DNA of 64,000 nt. Origin: Candidatus Latescibacterota bacterium (GTDB taxonomy: Bacteria; Latescibacterota; UBA2968; UBA8231). A program made the translations under genes and the position numbers. The notes beneath the pieces are model-generated. The model was given only the letters and a program-made list of their open reading frames with translations. It searched no databases and was not told where the DNA came from. Numbering within the stretch: position 1 is the first letter of the stretch; each line of letters begins with the position of its first letter. Where the stretch lies: assembly GCA_963422735.1 (NCBI GenBank), contig OY730476.1, positions 384,001 through 448,000 on the forward strand, in the 5' to 3' direction. Of this stretch, positions 19,279 through 29,784 are shown piece after piece.

Positions 19279-20853
19279 TCATATAGCGTCGTAGCGGGCG
19301 AAGAGCCAATTGGCGAGGACAAAGAGCACGGCTGCATAGAGAAACAGGGCCGTTAGGGTTGGTAGGGCGTGGCTCAAGCTCTCGGCGACCGTCCAGCCGC
19401 GCTCGTGAAATCTCGGCAGGTCGCGCAGGTCGGCGCACCAGCCTTCGTCATCGTTGAACCACTCGCGGGAGCCAAACGCATCGCGGTCTTCCAAAAAGGC
19501 GATGATCTGCCCGCGATAGGTGCGCACTTGGTCAATGAAGTCGTAGTATTCGCGTCGGCTGGTGCCGGCGAGAATGCTGGCAGCTTGGGCATAGGCACCA
19601 GTGGGCAGGAGGCGTTGGAATTGGTCGTTCCATCGTTGGACGCGTCGGGGGAAGGTTTCGAGCAAGGGGGCCTTGGCGTTCCATGCGCGTTGGGCGTACT
19701 GCAAGCGCATCCGCTCGCCAGAGCGGACGATGCCTTGGAACTCAAAGAGTTCGGGCGAATCGACGACATTTGATAAATAGAGTTCGGGCCTCTGCCCGTC
19801 TCTTTTGTGGTAGGTTCCGCTTCCCTTAGCGTAGGTTATAGCCCCGCTTTTAATCGTAACGATCCGTTCGACCATATCTGTGGGGTAGTACATGGTCTGT
19901 CCGTGTGCCTGAGCGAGGGCAGAGACCCCCTGATCAAACTCCTGCCACACCTGCGCGGCCTTGTGATGGGCTTCGGCATGCTTTTCACCCATGTTGGCCT
20001 GCTCGTTGAGCAAGGCTGAGATGCTGTTGGGCAGCACAATCGCCAGCAACGCCCACGTAAACAGCGCTAAGACCAAGCTCGTCGCCGCGCGGTGCGTCGC
20101 GCATGAGATAACCAGCCCAATCAGGTAGAACACCAGTAGGTACAGCAGCGACACCGCCCAGAGCAAGCCTATGCGTACCCACTCGCCGATCCCGACTTCG
20201 ATGTTATCAATGCCCAACAGCAAAATCGTCAGCAGGATAAAGCCCAAAGTGGTCGGAATGGCCAGCGTGGTTAGGCCAGCGAGGACTTTGCCAGCGAGGA
20301 CTTGGGCGCGGCTGACATTAGTCGCCAGCATTAGCCGCAGGGTGCCGTCTTCCTTCTCGCTGGCGATGGTCTCGCTGGCGATGAGGATGGCCAGCAAGCC
20401 GAGGACGAGTTGAAAGATGTACATCATGTCGAAGACGTTGAAGATGGCGAAGTAGGGATTGCTTGATTGGAAGGAAGAGACCTCCTCGGCTCGATAGGGT
20501 ACCTCGAAGAGTATCACTCTGACGGCTTGCCCTAACTGTAGTTCAGCACCTTGGGCGAACACGGCTAAGGGACGCGGGAGTCGTAGGGCACGTGGGGCCG
20601 CCTTTGGAGATCGAGTAACAGAATTAACCGAGTTTAGCCAGTCGCTGCCTAGGACCGAATAATAGGTAATATCGTGGAGTTTGTTGTCCTCAATAGAGCG
20701 CTGTTTGAGGTAGTTGGCCTTTTTATGGACATAGCTCTGGGTAGTGAGCACGCCGTTGGCAATGATGAGCACGACGGCGAGTAGGGTGCAGGCGGCGAAG
20801 CGCTGGCTGAGTAGATGGCTGAGCATCTCTTTTTTGAATACAATGCCTATCAT
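19279..20853 (-). CDS. ABC-2 family permease type A (copy 3)
   Basis: Paralogue of 7237-8808. Confidence 0.88.
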   Translation of the reverse strand: MIGIVFKKEMLSHLLSQRFAACTLLAVVLIIANGVLTTQSYVHKKANYLKQRSIEDNKLHDITYYSVLGSDWLNSVNSVTRSPKAAPRALRLPRPLAVFAQGAELQLGQAVRVILFEVPYRAEEVSSFQSSNPYFAIFNVFDMMYIFQLVLGLLAILIASETIASEKEDGTLRLMLATNVSRAQVLAGKVLAGLTTLAIPTTLGFILLTILLLGIDNIEVGIGEWVRIGLLWAVSLLYLLVFYLIGLVISCATHRAATSLVLALFTWALLAIVLPNSISALLNEQANMGEKHAEAHHKAAQVWQEFDQGVSALAQAHGQTMYYPTDMVERIVTIKSGAITYAKGSGTYHKRDGQRPELYLSNVVDSPELFEFQGIVRSGERMRLQYAQRAWNAKAPLLETFPRRVQRWNDQFQRLLPTGAYAQAASILAGTSRREYYDFIDQVRTYRGQIIAFLEDRDAFGSREWFNDDEGWCADLRDLPRFHERGWTVAESLSHALPTLTALFLYAAVLFVLANWLFARYDAI

Positions 20854-20892
20854 GGTTCACCTCTCAAGGAAGGATCCTAAAGTCTTTTTGGG

Positions 20893-21893
20893 TCAAGCGG
20901 CCATCGCCTTAAGGACCGCTTGGCTCTGCACCTCCATACCGAGTTGCTTAAACAGGCGCAACGCCGCCACCCATTCGGCCAACGCCCGCCGCTTGTCGCC
21001 ATCCTGTTGCGCGTACAGATTGCCCAAAGACACGTAGTTGAAAGCCTGCATCCGTGCGTTCCCTAGCTGTCGGCACAGATCTATAGAAACTTCTATATGC
21101 CGTTGCGCCATCGCTAGGTCGCCGGCTGTTATGTAGAGATCGGCCAGCAGCGTCGCCATGCTACAGCGGCCTTGGGCATGACCTTGCGCCCTGTAGATGC
21201 TCAAGGCTTCGTTGCCACTGCTCAAGGCGCGTTCTGTATGGCCTAAGTCGCGGCTGACCGAAGCGATGGAGCCGAGTTGCAGGGCCACTTCAAGGGGTGT
21301 CCCTTGCTGCCGGGCTGCCGCGAGTCCCGCCGTGAAATGTTGTAGGGCCTGCTCGGGGTCGCCGCGGCGCAGGGCCAGTTGTCCCAAGCTGTTGAGCAGG
21401 TTGCCCGGCATGTCGTTGTCATAGAGGGCGTGGCTGCGATGGAGCCACTGTTGAGCTTTTTCCAAGTCGTTCTGCTGCATGTAGAGGTTGCCCTGTTGGC
21501 CATCTTGGCTGCGAGGGCGGCGTCCCCTCCTTCTTGGGCGTGCTGGATGGCCTTATGGTAGTACGCGGTGGCTTCGGCGAAGTGGGCTTGGCTCTGTTTG
21601 ATAAAGCCCACATTGCCTTCGGCTTCTGCCAAATCGCACAAGGAGCGGCTAGGCGAGCAGGCGGCCAATGCCTCTTGGAAGTACTGGAGCGATTCGTCGA
21701 GGTCGCCGGCGATCTCGTAGTGGTGGCCGAGCTGGGTGCAAGTCGCAAAAAGCCCCTTTTGGCATTCCTCGGCGCGAAAGAGCCGACGCGCTGTTTGGTA
21801 GTGGGTGGCCGCTTGCTCGTGCTGCCCCTTCTTGCGGCAGGTATTACCCCATTCGAGATGCGTCCATGCCTCGGTTGTTTTGGGCGAATTCAT
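20893..21893 (-). pseudogene. Frameshifted tetratricopeptide-repeat protein
   Basis: Near-identical to 32908-33912 but lacks 4 nt near 21493 (ggttgccc-tgttgg vs ggttgcccATATtgttgg), which splits it into two ORFs. Confidence 0.88.
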
Positions 21894-21905
21894 GGTAGCC
21901 TCCTG

Positions 21906-22844
21906 TTATCGCGTCAGGGCCAACACGGGTATGAGCACCTGCTCCGCGCCGATTTGGACCTCTACCCCGCAGTTTAGCGTACCATCAGGGAAATCGTCTG
22001 TGTTGCGGATCTGGACGACTACGCTATGGTCAGCTTCCCGTTGATATGAGATGTCCAGTTGCATCTCGCCACACACGGGCGACGCCTGTATGGGCGCGTT
22101 GGCTAATTCTGCTGGCAAGCCTACGCGCACTTGGCGCGTTTCGCGTCGCTGCGCTGCGCCCACGCCGAAGGACGCGCTCTGCGGTGCTAGGCTAAACCGG
22201 GGGCTGACCCGGCCGCGCACTTGGATGGACCGGGGGTGCTCTTGGTCCTCGGCGGCAATCGTCGCCTCGAGGGTGGCGATGATCCGGTCGCCCCACGTCA
22301 AGCCGGCTGCCGGAGCGATCTCTATGGCTGTACCGTCATCTACCACTGTTGCCGCAATGCCTTTTCCCGCGACCTGAACCCGGCGAATGTGCCTCGGCTG
22401 ACCGTCGATCTGCGCGAGGGGAATGTGTCGGATAATGGAGGATAGATCGTCGCCTTGGATCGTCCCCAAGTGCAGTTTGCTGGGCAGCATGGGCACGACC
22501 TGTCCCTCCAACTGCAACTGCCATTTATCGGCTTGGTCGGCCACGCTAAAGTCAATGCTGGGGGTAAAAGTCCCGGCTCGGCCCGAAGTGTCGATCTGGT
22601 AGGTAATCGAGTACGTCTCGCCGGCCTTCAACGGCCCTTGGGGGAACTCGACGCCGGTGCAGCCGCAGCCGGGTTCGGCCGCGACGATTTCCATGTCGTA
22701 GGGCGCGACAAAGCGCACCTCGCCGGTCGTGCCCTCGCTGTCGTAGGTCGTGCCGTACTCGGCGGTCTGCGGCAGTTGGTCGGCAGCCAATCCTGTGTAG
22801 AACACGGCGGCTAAGGTCGTTACTTGTAGCGTTAGCTTGTTCAT
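21906..22844 (-). CDS. Secreted DUF1573-like Ig-fold protein with CGC motif
   Basis: Signal peptide; EIVAAEPGCGCT...PLKAGE...LQLEGQV pattern. Confidence 0.7.
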   Translation of the reverse strand: MNKLTLQVTTLAAVFYTGLAADQLPQTAEYGTTYDSEGTTGEVRFVAPYDMEIVAAEPGCGCTGVEFPQGPLKAGETYSITYQIDTSGRAGTFTPSIDFSVADQADKWQLQLEGQVVPMLPSKLHLGTIQGDDLSSIIRHIPLAQIDGQPRHIRRVQVAGKGIAATVVDDGTAIEIAPAAGLTWGDRIIATLEATIAAEDQEHPRSIQVRGRVSPRFSLAPQSASFGVGAAQRRETRQVRVGLPAELANAPIQASPVCGEMQLDISYQREADHSVVVQIRNTDDFPDGTLNCGVEVQIGAEQVLIPVLALTR

Positions 22845-22883
22845 GATCTTTCTCTCGCGTTTGTTTTGTGGAAAGGGGCTAGA

Positions 22884-23720
22884 TTACATGAGGCTGAACA
22901 GAAAGGCCTGCGGTACGCCGCGGCTAAAATAGACCTCTACATGGCGCCACATAGCCCGCTCTGGATCCCAGACTAGTCGGAAGAAAGACGGGGTGCGTCC
23001 CTTCCATGACCAAGAGGAAGCCCCTGCAGGCTCTTCGACGACGAACATGATGTCGGCAAAGACCAACGACTCGCCCATCCGTAGAGCTTTCTCAACCTCT
23101 CTCTGTAGTTTGGGGCGATAACTCAAGGTGCCTCTGGGAATCATGCCGTGCGTCTTTAGGTAGAACTCATAGGTATCGTATGCCTCCTGCATCTCTAACA
23201 CCTTGAACACGCTGTCGAAAAAGGACGTATTCTCGAAAAAGTATTCGCGTTTTGCCGCGCCGAGTATGTACCTATGCACGGCTGTAAAGATGGCAAAGGG
23301 CGTATAGTTTGTTGCTTTTGGTACCCCTTTGTTTTCGAGTTGCTTTTTCAACTCCTCGATCGCTTCGGGGTTATTGGTGCCCTCGCGGAGATAAAACGCG
23401 GCGGCGAGACTGTCGCTGCCCGAGGCCGAAAAGGCGATTAGAAAGTCGTAGAGCCAAGTGCGCAGACCGGCTTCTTGCTTCAGGTCAATGGGAGCCTCCA
23501 GAGCGACGGGAATCGCCTCGATGGCCTGCCGCAATTCGGCCCCAGCCTCGACCTTGATCATCTCTTGGCCGTGAATGTAGTCGTAGAAGACCTGAAGGCT
23601 GTCGGGATGGGATGAGAAGCCGCCGTACTGACTTCTAGCCTCGATAGGGGCTGCGCTGAAAACGGCGAACCAGATAGCGATCAGGGGGACATACAGGGTG
23701 CGAATGGCTAAAGGTTGCAT
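22884..23720 (-). CDS. Secreted protein family X paralogue
   Basis: SD AAGGAGG; signal peptide; shared motifs. Confidence 0.85.
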   Translation of the reverse strand: MQPLAIRTLYVPLIAIWFAVFSAAPIEARSQYGGFSSHPDSLQVFYDYIHGQEMIKVEAGAELRQAIEAIPVALEAPIDLKQEAGLRTWLYDFLIAFSASGSDSLAAAFYLREGTNNPEAIEELKKQLENKGVPKATNYTPFAIFTAVHRYILGAAKREYFFENTSFFDSVFKVLEMQEAYDTYEFYLKTHGMIPRGTLSYRPKLQREVEKALRMGESLVFADIMFVVEEPAGASSWSWKGRTPSFFRLVWDPERAMWRHVEVYFSRGVPQAFLFSLM

Positions 23721-23765
23721 GGTATCCTCCTTATTTTAGGATCGTCTTTTCAGGTTTTGGAGCTA

Positions 23766-24677
23766 TCACGTAGCTCCAAAGAGAAACATAACAGGTGCGT
23801 TATTCGGCACGAACATTTCTACAAGACGCCACATACCTCGCTCTGGGCTCCAGCCTAGGCGCAAGAAAAATAGGTAGCGCACCGGCCCCTCGAAGTCCGC
23901 GAATTCTTCGGGTTCTTCAGTGCTGAACATGACATCGGCCAAGACCCACTGCTCGCCCGCCTGCAGCCCTTCCTTAATCTCGCTATTCAGCTTGGGGAAC
24001 CACCACGTTAAGCCACCCATGGGGAGAAGGCCGTGGATTTTAGCATAGTCCCTATAGCTCTCATACGTCCCTTGCATTTCGAACACTCGGTACGCGCTAT
24101 CGGCAAAGAATGCTTTGCCAAAGAAGTAGTCGCGCCCTCTCATGTCGAGGGAAAACCTATGCCCGGCCTTGAAGATATCAAAGGGCGTATCACCAACATT
24201 AGCTGGGGGCTTAGGGATGTTCATTCCCAGCATTGACATCAGCTTGGCGGGTACGCTATTCGTGCTTTCAAATTGCTTTTTTATCTTTTGTATCCCTTCG
24301 GGGTTAGTGGTGCCCTCGCGGAGGTAAAATGCGGCGGCGAGGCTGTCATTACCCGAGGCCGAAAAGGCGGCTAGAAAGTCGTAGAGCCAGTCGTGCAGGT
24401 CGGTTTCTTGCTCGGGTGTAATGGGGACGCCCGTCTCGATGGGAATCGCCTCGATGGCTTGCTGCAATTCGGCCCCAGCCGAGATATTTATCATCTCCAA
24501 ACTGTGGATGTAGTCGTCATAGGCTTGGGTCGCCTCCAATTGGGCTTGCTGGCGGTGAGCCAACCACGGCGGCTCGACGGCAGAACTGGCGACGCCCTCC
24601 TGTGCTATGCCCGCAGATTGGGCGAACCAGATAGCGATCAGGGGGACATACAGGGTGCGAGTGGCTAAAGGTTGCAT
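23766..24677 (-). CDS. Secreted protein family X paralogue (divergent)
   Basis: SD AGGAGG; signal peptide; WLYDFLAAFSASGNDSLAAAFYLREG. Confidence 0.85.
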   Translation of the reverse strand: MQPLATRTLYVPLIAIWFAQSAGIAQEGVASSAVEPPWLAHRQQAQLEATQAYDDYIHSLEMINISAGAELQQAIEAIPIETGVPITPEQETDLHDWLYDFLAAFSASGNDSLAAAFYLREGTTNPEGIQKIKKQFESTNSVPAKLMSMLGMNIPKPPANVGDTPFDIFKAGHRFSLDMRGRDYFFGKAFFADSAYRVFEMQGTYESYRDYAKIHGLLPMGGLTWWFPKLNSEIKEGLQAGEQWVLADVMFSTEEPEEFADFEGPVRYLFFLRLGWSPERGMWRLVEMFVPNNAPVMFLFGAT

Positions 24678-24705
24678 GGTATCCTCCTAATTTTGGCATT
24701 AATGC

Positions 24706-24735
24706 TTGGGGTTGCGGGGCCAGCCGCAACCCCAA
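24706..24735 (-). terminator. Hairpin downstream of precursor 3
   Basis: TTGGGGTTGCGG...CCGCAACCCCAA, 12-bp stem, no U-tract. Confidence 0.6.
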
Positions 24736-24744
24736 ATTAGTGCA

Positions 24745-24921
24745 TTATCCGGACGGTGCCGGGTAATCAATGCAAATAGCCCAGCCTAGGGAGCAGAAGC
24801 ATATCCAGTTCCCCGAGCAACTGGTGAAAAAGCAGTTGACCTTGCAAGCCTCCGCCTTCTGCGGCAGGAAGCTGGCGACTAAGGCCGTGAGACCAATAGC
24901 CGTCTTGATGAGCACTTTCAT
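24745..24921 (-). CDS. Cys-rich secreted precursor peptide 3 (58 aa, not in ORF track)
   Basis: MKVLIKTAIGLTALVASFLPQKAEA-CKVNCFFTSCSGNWICFCSLGWAICIDYPAPSG*; SD AAAGGA; 6 Cys. Confidence 0.9.
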   Translation of the reverse strand: MKVLIKTAIGLTALVASFLPQKAEACKVNCFFTSCSGNWICFCSLGWAICIDYPAPSG

Positions 24922-25072
24922 AATGCAATCCTTTACGAAAGATGGGTTGCGTCCGCTCAGAGGCTATCTCAGAGCGGAGGTGCTGGCTTAAGGCTACCAG
25001 CTCGAGACCTGTTTCGACCCTACGACAAGTATCACCTCCTTTCTGTTTTCTTTGGTCTCTGCACGGATATTC

Positions 25073-25087
25073 GCAATACTCGTGCCA
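25073..25087 (-). promoter_or_regulatory. Sigma-54 -24/-12 promoter
   Basis: TGGCAC-GAGTA-TTGC. Confidence 0.88.
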
Positions 25088-25233
25088 GCGATTGACCAGT
25101 GGACGACAATCGCGCCAATTGAGTCGATTTTAAAATTCATAAATATATTATAAACAGTATGTTATAAGAAATGAGATAAATTTTCTCTTCCTTTTTTTAA
25201 GCCCTTTGCTACGACCTCTTAACGATCTAAAAA

Positions 25234-25292
25234 TGCGTCTAAATATCGCATAAGTGCGTCTAAATATCGCATAAGTGCGTCTAAATATCGCA
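25234..25292. promoter_or_regulatory. Three identical UAS boxes
   Basis: (TGCGTCTAAATATCGCA)x3 separated by TAAG, 21-bp period. Confidence 0.8.
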
Positions 25293-25565
25293 CGGGTTAG
25301 TTGGTGCGAAATGGGTGGCGGGTTCTCGCTATAGATGCAGCCAAGGGTGAGAAGTCGCAGACAAGAATTGCTGCACCACGTCTTGGAGTTGCGGATGGTG
25401 CAGGTTGCACGAGCAGGAAAATAGGCAGTCCGCTATGCTTAGGACTAGGGATTAGTGCGTTTCAGGTCGCTCAGAAACGGATTCGTCAAGAGTACCCGAA
25501 TCAATGGGGTACTACCTCTACGACTTGATGCAATTGGGGATCTAGGGACCGGTCTCGGCCTTCGA

Positions 25566-26064
25566 TTAGCCGGCTGCCGTTACGTAGGCTCTGCTTGTCG
25601 AGCAGGGCGCAGTGAGGCGGTGCCAAGCCGCGATAAATTGCTCAGAAAACGTCATGCTACTGATTCTGGCCCGAGCGTCGAGGACGCGCTCGCTGACCAA
25701 GGCTTGGGGGTCAGCCTCTAAGCTGTTCCGGTGGGTGAAAGGGCAAAAGCACATTGGTCTGGTAGTAGATCAGCCTGCCACCCAACGCGGCGAATGCAGT
25801 CTTCAGTGCCGTGCGTACTGCGCCGTTGCTCATACGGAAATGAAAGCCTAGTTCTATGGCCGGATACCCGAGTAAATGCGTTGGCTGTACCCGGGGCATA
25901 CTCAGATTCTCGTCTCGTCGATAAAGCACGAAGCCTGCCAGTAGTCCCTCGTGCGCTAGAGCCTCGGCAGCGTTGAGCGCATAGGACACTACGCCGTACT
26001 TGAACGGCCCTGCGGCTGAAACGGGAGCGAAGTTGCGGTTGAGGACGATGATGGCAGGTAACAT
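25566..26064 (-). pseudogene. Internally deleted GT4-like glycosyltransferase remnant
   Basis: 117-aa N-terminal piece (KYGVVSYALNAAEALA...IYYQT) joined out of frame to a C-terminal piece (LEADPQAL..ARARISSMTFSEQFIAAW) resembling a GT-B terminal helix. Confidence 0.5.
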
Positions 26065-26080
26065 GGTGGTCTCTTTGTAT

Positions 26081-26767
26081 TTAGGCAGTCCTATGGATGT
26101 TCCACAGGGGATGGCGCGTTAGCAGGGCTTCTATCTCGGCTATCTCACTAGGTGTAATCTGTTGGTAGCACTGGTGGAAGTGCAGCAGGTCGCGCAAGAT
26201 CAACTCTTCGGGAATAAAAGGGTCCGGCCAGATGCCCGCCCGCCAAAGTTCGATCAACCACAGCTTGGGATTGTTATTGTGATGCGACATATAGGAGATG
26301 CCCGCCACTCTTTTGCGTTGCTCGTCCTTGAACTTGCTCGGGTTGGAAAACTCGTGATAGTGATATAGGTGATAGGTCAACGCCTCGCGCACAAAGCCGG
26401 GAAGGACGCCAGCAGCTTGTAGCCGATAGGCCAGATCCCACCCCTCGGAAAAGGGTATATGGGCGGCGAAGCCACCCACATCGAGAAAGGCTTGGCGCGG
26501 CACCGCGCTGTTGTGCGGATAGAAGCCGAGGAAGCCTATCGGCGAATCGGGATGCGCTGTGTATAGTTCCGTGACCTGATCCTGCACGTGTACCTCTGGA
26601 TATTCGGCGGTCAGCATGACGTCCGTACCATCGGTGCAGCCATCGTCAACGACGATGACCTCGAAGCACTCCTTGGGGAAACGCTGGCAAGCCAAGCCAC
26701 ACAAGGCCAAGCGCAGACGTTCCATTTGGTTGTAAGTCGCAATGACCACGGAAATATGTACACTCAT
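26081..26767 (-). pseudogene. GT2 glycosyltransferase with ~127-codon in-frame deletion
   Basis: AEYPEVHV|QDQV junction at ~26585 removes residues ~62-188 of the 351-aa paralogue, including the DxD motif. Confidence 0.85.
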
Positions 26768-26784
26768 CAAGTTGCTCCTTATTG

Positions 26785-29307
26785 TTACAGGCACTCAAAG
26801 GTCAGATGACATTCGTAGTGCAGCCCTTCGGGGCTGATCAGTTGCCGGTGGGGTTCGGTCTTGGCGTTGGGATTTTGTACCACTAGTTGCGGTATCTCCT
26901 TGGCCGAGTTTGAACACACTATCCTGTGGCAGTCTATATGGCCGAAGTAGTAGCCGAAGAATGCTTCGCTGCGTGCTTTGATGCGCTGGCGCAGTGCCGC
27001 GTCGGCGACATTGTCCTCGGTCATAGCGATGTCGCCGAGGTAGATGCCGTGGAACTCCACCGGCAACCAGCCAGTCTGGGGCGTGTATAGCTCCATCCAA
27101 GTATGGCAGAAGATGGGGCCATCGTACGTGGTGATCCCATAGCGGCCCGGTCCTTGGGGCGCAACAGCCAAACCCCCAGTCACTTCGCGAGCCGGGATAT
27201 CGAGTAAGCGGCATAGCGCGATAAAGGCTCGCGTTAGGGTCAGACAATGGCCGTCCTCGTTGCGGAGCGTCCTTTCCGTGCTACAAACTAAGCACTGGCA
27301 TTTCTCAGTGGTCTTTTTGAATCGCTTGCTATGCACTAGATACTGGTATATGTGCCGAGCCTTCTCCATGTCGTCAAGAGCCGGTTCGTCTAAGCGCAGA
27401 GTATCCAAGAAATCGCGAACCAGATGCGACTCGCTCAGTTTGTCTTCTACTTGCGTATAGTGGCGATGCTCTCCGGCGGTCAGCGACGCGGGCGTCTGCC
27501 CGGCGAGTGGCAGGTTATATACTTCAACCTCGCAGGAATACGAGAAGGTGAGCGTCTCATCAGCCGGGTTGATGTGGCAGGGATAGGCGTAGAAGAAACC
27601 AGCGCGTGGAGCCAGATAGGGGTGCAACTCACTTGGGTTGCAGTCAATTAACTCGACGACCGGCTGCTGGGGCAAGCGCAGGGGATAGGGTAAAAAAAGC
27701 TGCGCTGGTCCTTCGCTTGTGCAGGACTTTGTATGTGCCTTGTAGGTATAGGCCAACCGGTAGCGTTGGCTGGGGATGCGGGCTTTTAACTTGCCGCCGT
27801 GATGAGTGAGAAAAGGTGCCCGCATTTGTTCCCGTGCTCGGTAGTCTGGCTCAAAGAAGCGAGGCTCGTGATCGTAGAGCCAATTCCACGAGTTGTCGGT
27901 ATCGTACCATACCAGTCGTCCGCGGCGCAGATGCGGCATGCCCCGCTGACGCGCATCGCTCAGCATGGCGCGGATGGCCGAGCGAGGAAAGTCGTCGGTG
28001 ATAACTGGATAGAGGTGGCGGATGAATTCCTCCTCGACCGCCATATTTTTTGGATCGAGCTGTGCGCTCTGGTGGTGCGTGAATAGCAGGCCATCTATCA
28101 CATCGGCGGCCGCCTCGCCGCCTTTCCAAGCGGAGACATGGGACGCAAAGGCGGCACAGCGGGTGCTGAATTCCTCATAGTGGTCGAATAGGTAGCGCAC
28201 TTGCTCGGCCAAGTCTTCGGCTTGGGCAAAGTGCTGGCGCGACAGTTTCAGGCCGAGGCCGAGGTCGCGCACTCGGTTGAGGTGGTATTCTTGATCGAGG
28301 TGTTCGGGTGCCCCTAGGATCGGCACGCCCTCGGCCAGCGCGTGGTAGATGGAGCCAATGCCGCCAATGCCGATAAAGAGCGCAGCGTGGCGCATGGCCA
28401 AGCGGGCGGGCAGGTACTCGACGATCCGCACGTTGGCCGAGGGTGCTTCCACCGCATAGCGGCCGGCCGTAGTAACTAGCAGGCGATAGGGCAAGGGGGC
28501 CAAGGCCCGCAGGACGGCAGGCAAAAAGCGGTCCTCTACGCCGGTGCTGCCGGCATTGAAGTAGATGAGGGGCAGCGAGGGGTTCCAGCCAGCGTCGGCT
28601 AGGGCCGCGGGTGGTTCATCGGCTATGGGCTCGTCTTCGATGAGCGGCCCGACGTAGTGATGGGAGGGGGGCACCGGTCCGGCGGACGGATGGAACTGAG
28701 GCACATCGGCCAGCAGGAACGCGCTGCGGTAGGGCCGCGTCCGGGCGAAGTGCTGAGTTAGGTATTCGTCAAAACGACCGGCCCGCACCGGGAAGTAGTC
28801 AGGCAAGCGAATGGGGCTAGAGTAGGAGGGCAGGTTGTACGCCGCGTCTATAAAGGCGATGTCGATACCTTCCAAGGCGGCCGTTAGCCGCAGTGTGGGT
28901 CGAAAGTCGGCGATGAGCAAGGAGGGCTGTACTTGGCGCACGAGTGCTTGCTCGGCCTCGATGCAGCGCCGGATCCACTCGTCGTCGTAATATTCGTACA
29001 CGCCCCGGGCTAGGTACTCGTCCATGCGTTGCTGCGGCATGGTTTCGACATCGTAGAGTGTGAATCCCTCGGCCGCAATGCGCTGGGCGTGCGGTCCCCG
29101 TCCGGCGAAGATGATTTCGTACCCACGTTGACGCAGCGAACGCGCCACCACGAGCGGGCGAATCACATGGGCCAAACTGTAGCCGTGAAAGAAGACTAAG
29201 AGGCGATGCTGGTCGCGCTGGAGGAACGCCTCTTGCTCCATTTTGGCCAGCAAGGCGTTCCAAACGGCCAACCAATCCCACAGCTTTTTGTTGAGTTGTG
29301 CTAACAT
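26785..29307 (-). CDS. GT-B glycosyltransferase + transglutaminase-like fusion (copy 2)
   Basis: Full-length paralogue of 10080-12590; GHCLTLTRAFIALCRLLDIPAREVTG, HTWMELY, GWLPVE. Confidence 0.82.
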   Translation of the reverse strand: MLAQLNKKLWDWLAVWNALLAKMEQEAFLQRDQHRLLVFFHGYSLAHVIRPLVVARSLRQRGYEIIFAGRGPHAQRIAAEGFTLYDVETMPQQRMDEYLARGVYEYYDDEWIRRCIEAEQALVRQVQPSLLIADFRPTLRLTAALEGIDIAFIDAAYNLPSYSSPIRLPDYFPVRAGRFDEYLTQHFARTRPYRSAFLLADVPQFHPSAGPVPPSHHYVGPLIEDEPIADEPPAALADAGWNPSLPLIYFNAGSTGVEDRFLPAVLRALAPLPYRLLVTTAGRYAVEAPSANVRIVEYLPARLAMRHAALFIGIGGIGSIYHALAEGVPILGAPEHLDQEYHLNRVRDLGLGLKLSRQHFAQAEDLAEQVRYLFDHYEEFSTRCAAFASHVSAWKGGEAAADVIDGLLFTHHQSAQLDPKNMAVEEEFIRHLYPVITDDFPRSAIRAMLSDARQRGMPHLRRGRLVWYDTDNSWNWLYDHEPRFFEPDYRAREQMRAPFLTHHGGKLKARIPSQRYRLAYTYKAHTKSCTSEGPAQLFLPYPLRLPQQPVVELIDCNPSELHPYLAPRAGFFYAYPCHINPADETLTFSYSCEVEVYNLPLAGQTPASLTAGEHRHYTQVEDKLSESHLVRDFLDTLRLDEPALDDMEKARHIYQYLVHSKRFKKTTEKCQCLVCSTERTLRNEDGHCLTLTRAFIALCRLLDIPAREVTGGLAVAPQGPGRYGITTYDGPIFCHTWMELYTPQTGWLPVEFHGIYLGDIAMTEDNVADAALRQRIKARSEAFFGYYFGHIDCHRIVCSNSAKEIPQLVVQNPNAKTEPHRQLISPEGLHYECHLTFECL

Positions 29308-29360
29308 GGCGTGCTGCTTTCACCGAAAGGTGTAGGGTATTGCTTCTGCTAGCATTACTT

Positions 29361-29375
29361 GCAGTTATCGCGCCC
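29361..29375 (-). promoter_or_regulatory. Degenerate sigma-54 promoter
   Basis: GGGCGC-GATAA-CTGC(A): GG and GC correctly spaced, at the position equivalent to the other units. Confidence 0.45.
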
Positions 29376-29500
29376 GTTGTGAGCCAGCGGCTGGCAAATG
29401 GGCTAACGAAATTGAGCTAACTACCTGTTAGATAAGGAATTATAAAAGTAACGATAATTTTTGTCGAGCCTTTTGCCGCAATCGCTTGACCCTATGAAAA

Positions 29501-29559
29501 TGCGACAATATATCGCATAAGTGCGTCTAATCATCGCGTTAATGCGATTCATCATCGCA
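29501..29559. promoter_or_regulatory. Three UAS boxes
   Basis: TGCGACAATATATCGCA, TGCGTCTAATCATCGCG, TGCGATTCATCATCGCA; 21-bp period. Confidence 0.78.
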
Positions 29560-29784
29560 CCGGTGCGGCGGTTGGTTGTGGTGTAGGTCCTGCTCAGTGG
29601 AACGGTTCTGCCGCCTGCCGAGGCAGCGGAACGACGGCGGAACGGGCGGCGAGTGTTTACTAGCAATGCGGCCGGGGCCGGGAAGTGGGCCGCCCGGCCT
29701 ATGAACTACCCGCTTTGGTCTGGTAGCCTGTGTGTTTAGGTGCTCCGGTTGTCTCGGCGTTGCGGCGATTAAGGACGCCTCCTT

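Noticed and set aside
25234-25292. Direct repeats suggesting a CRISPR array
   Set aside because: 17-bp units with constant 4-bp linkers, no unique spacers and no cas genes; the same motif precedes every sigma-54 promoter
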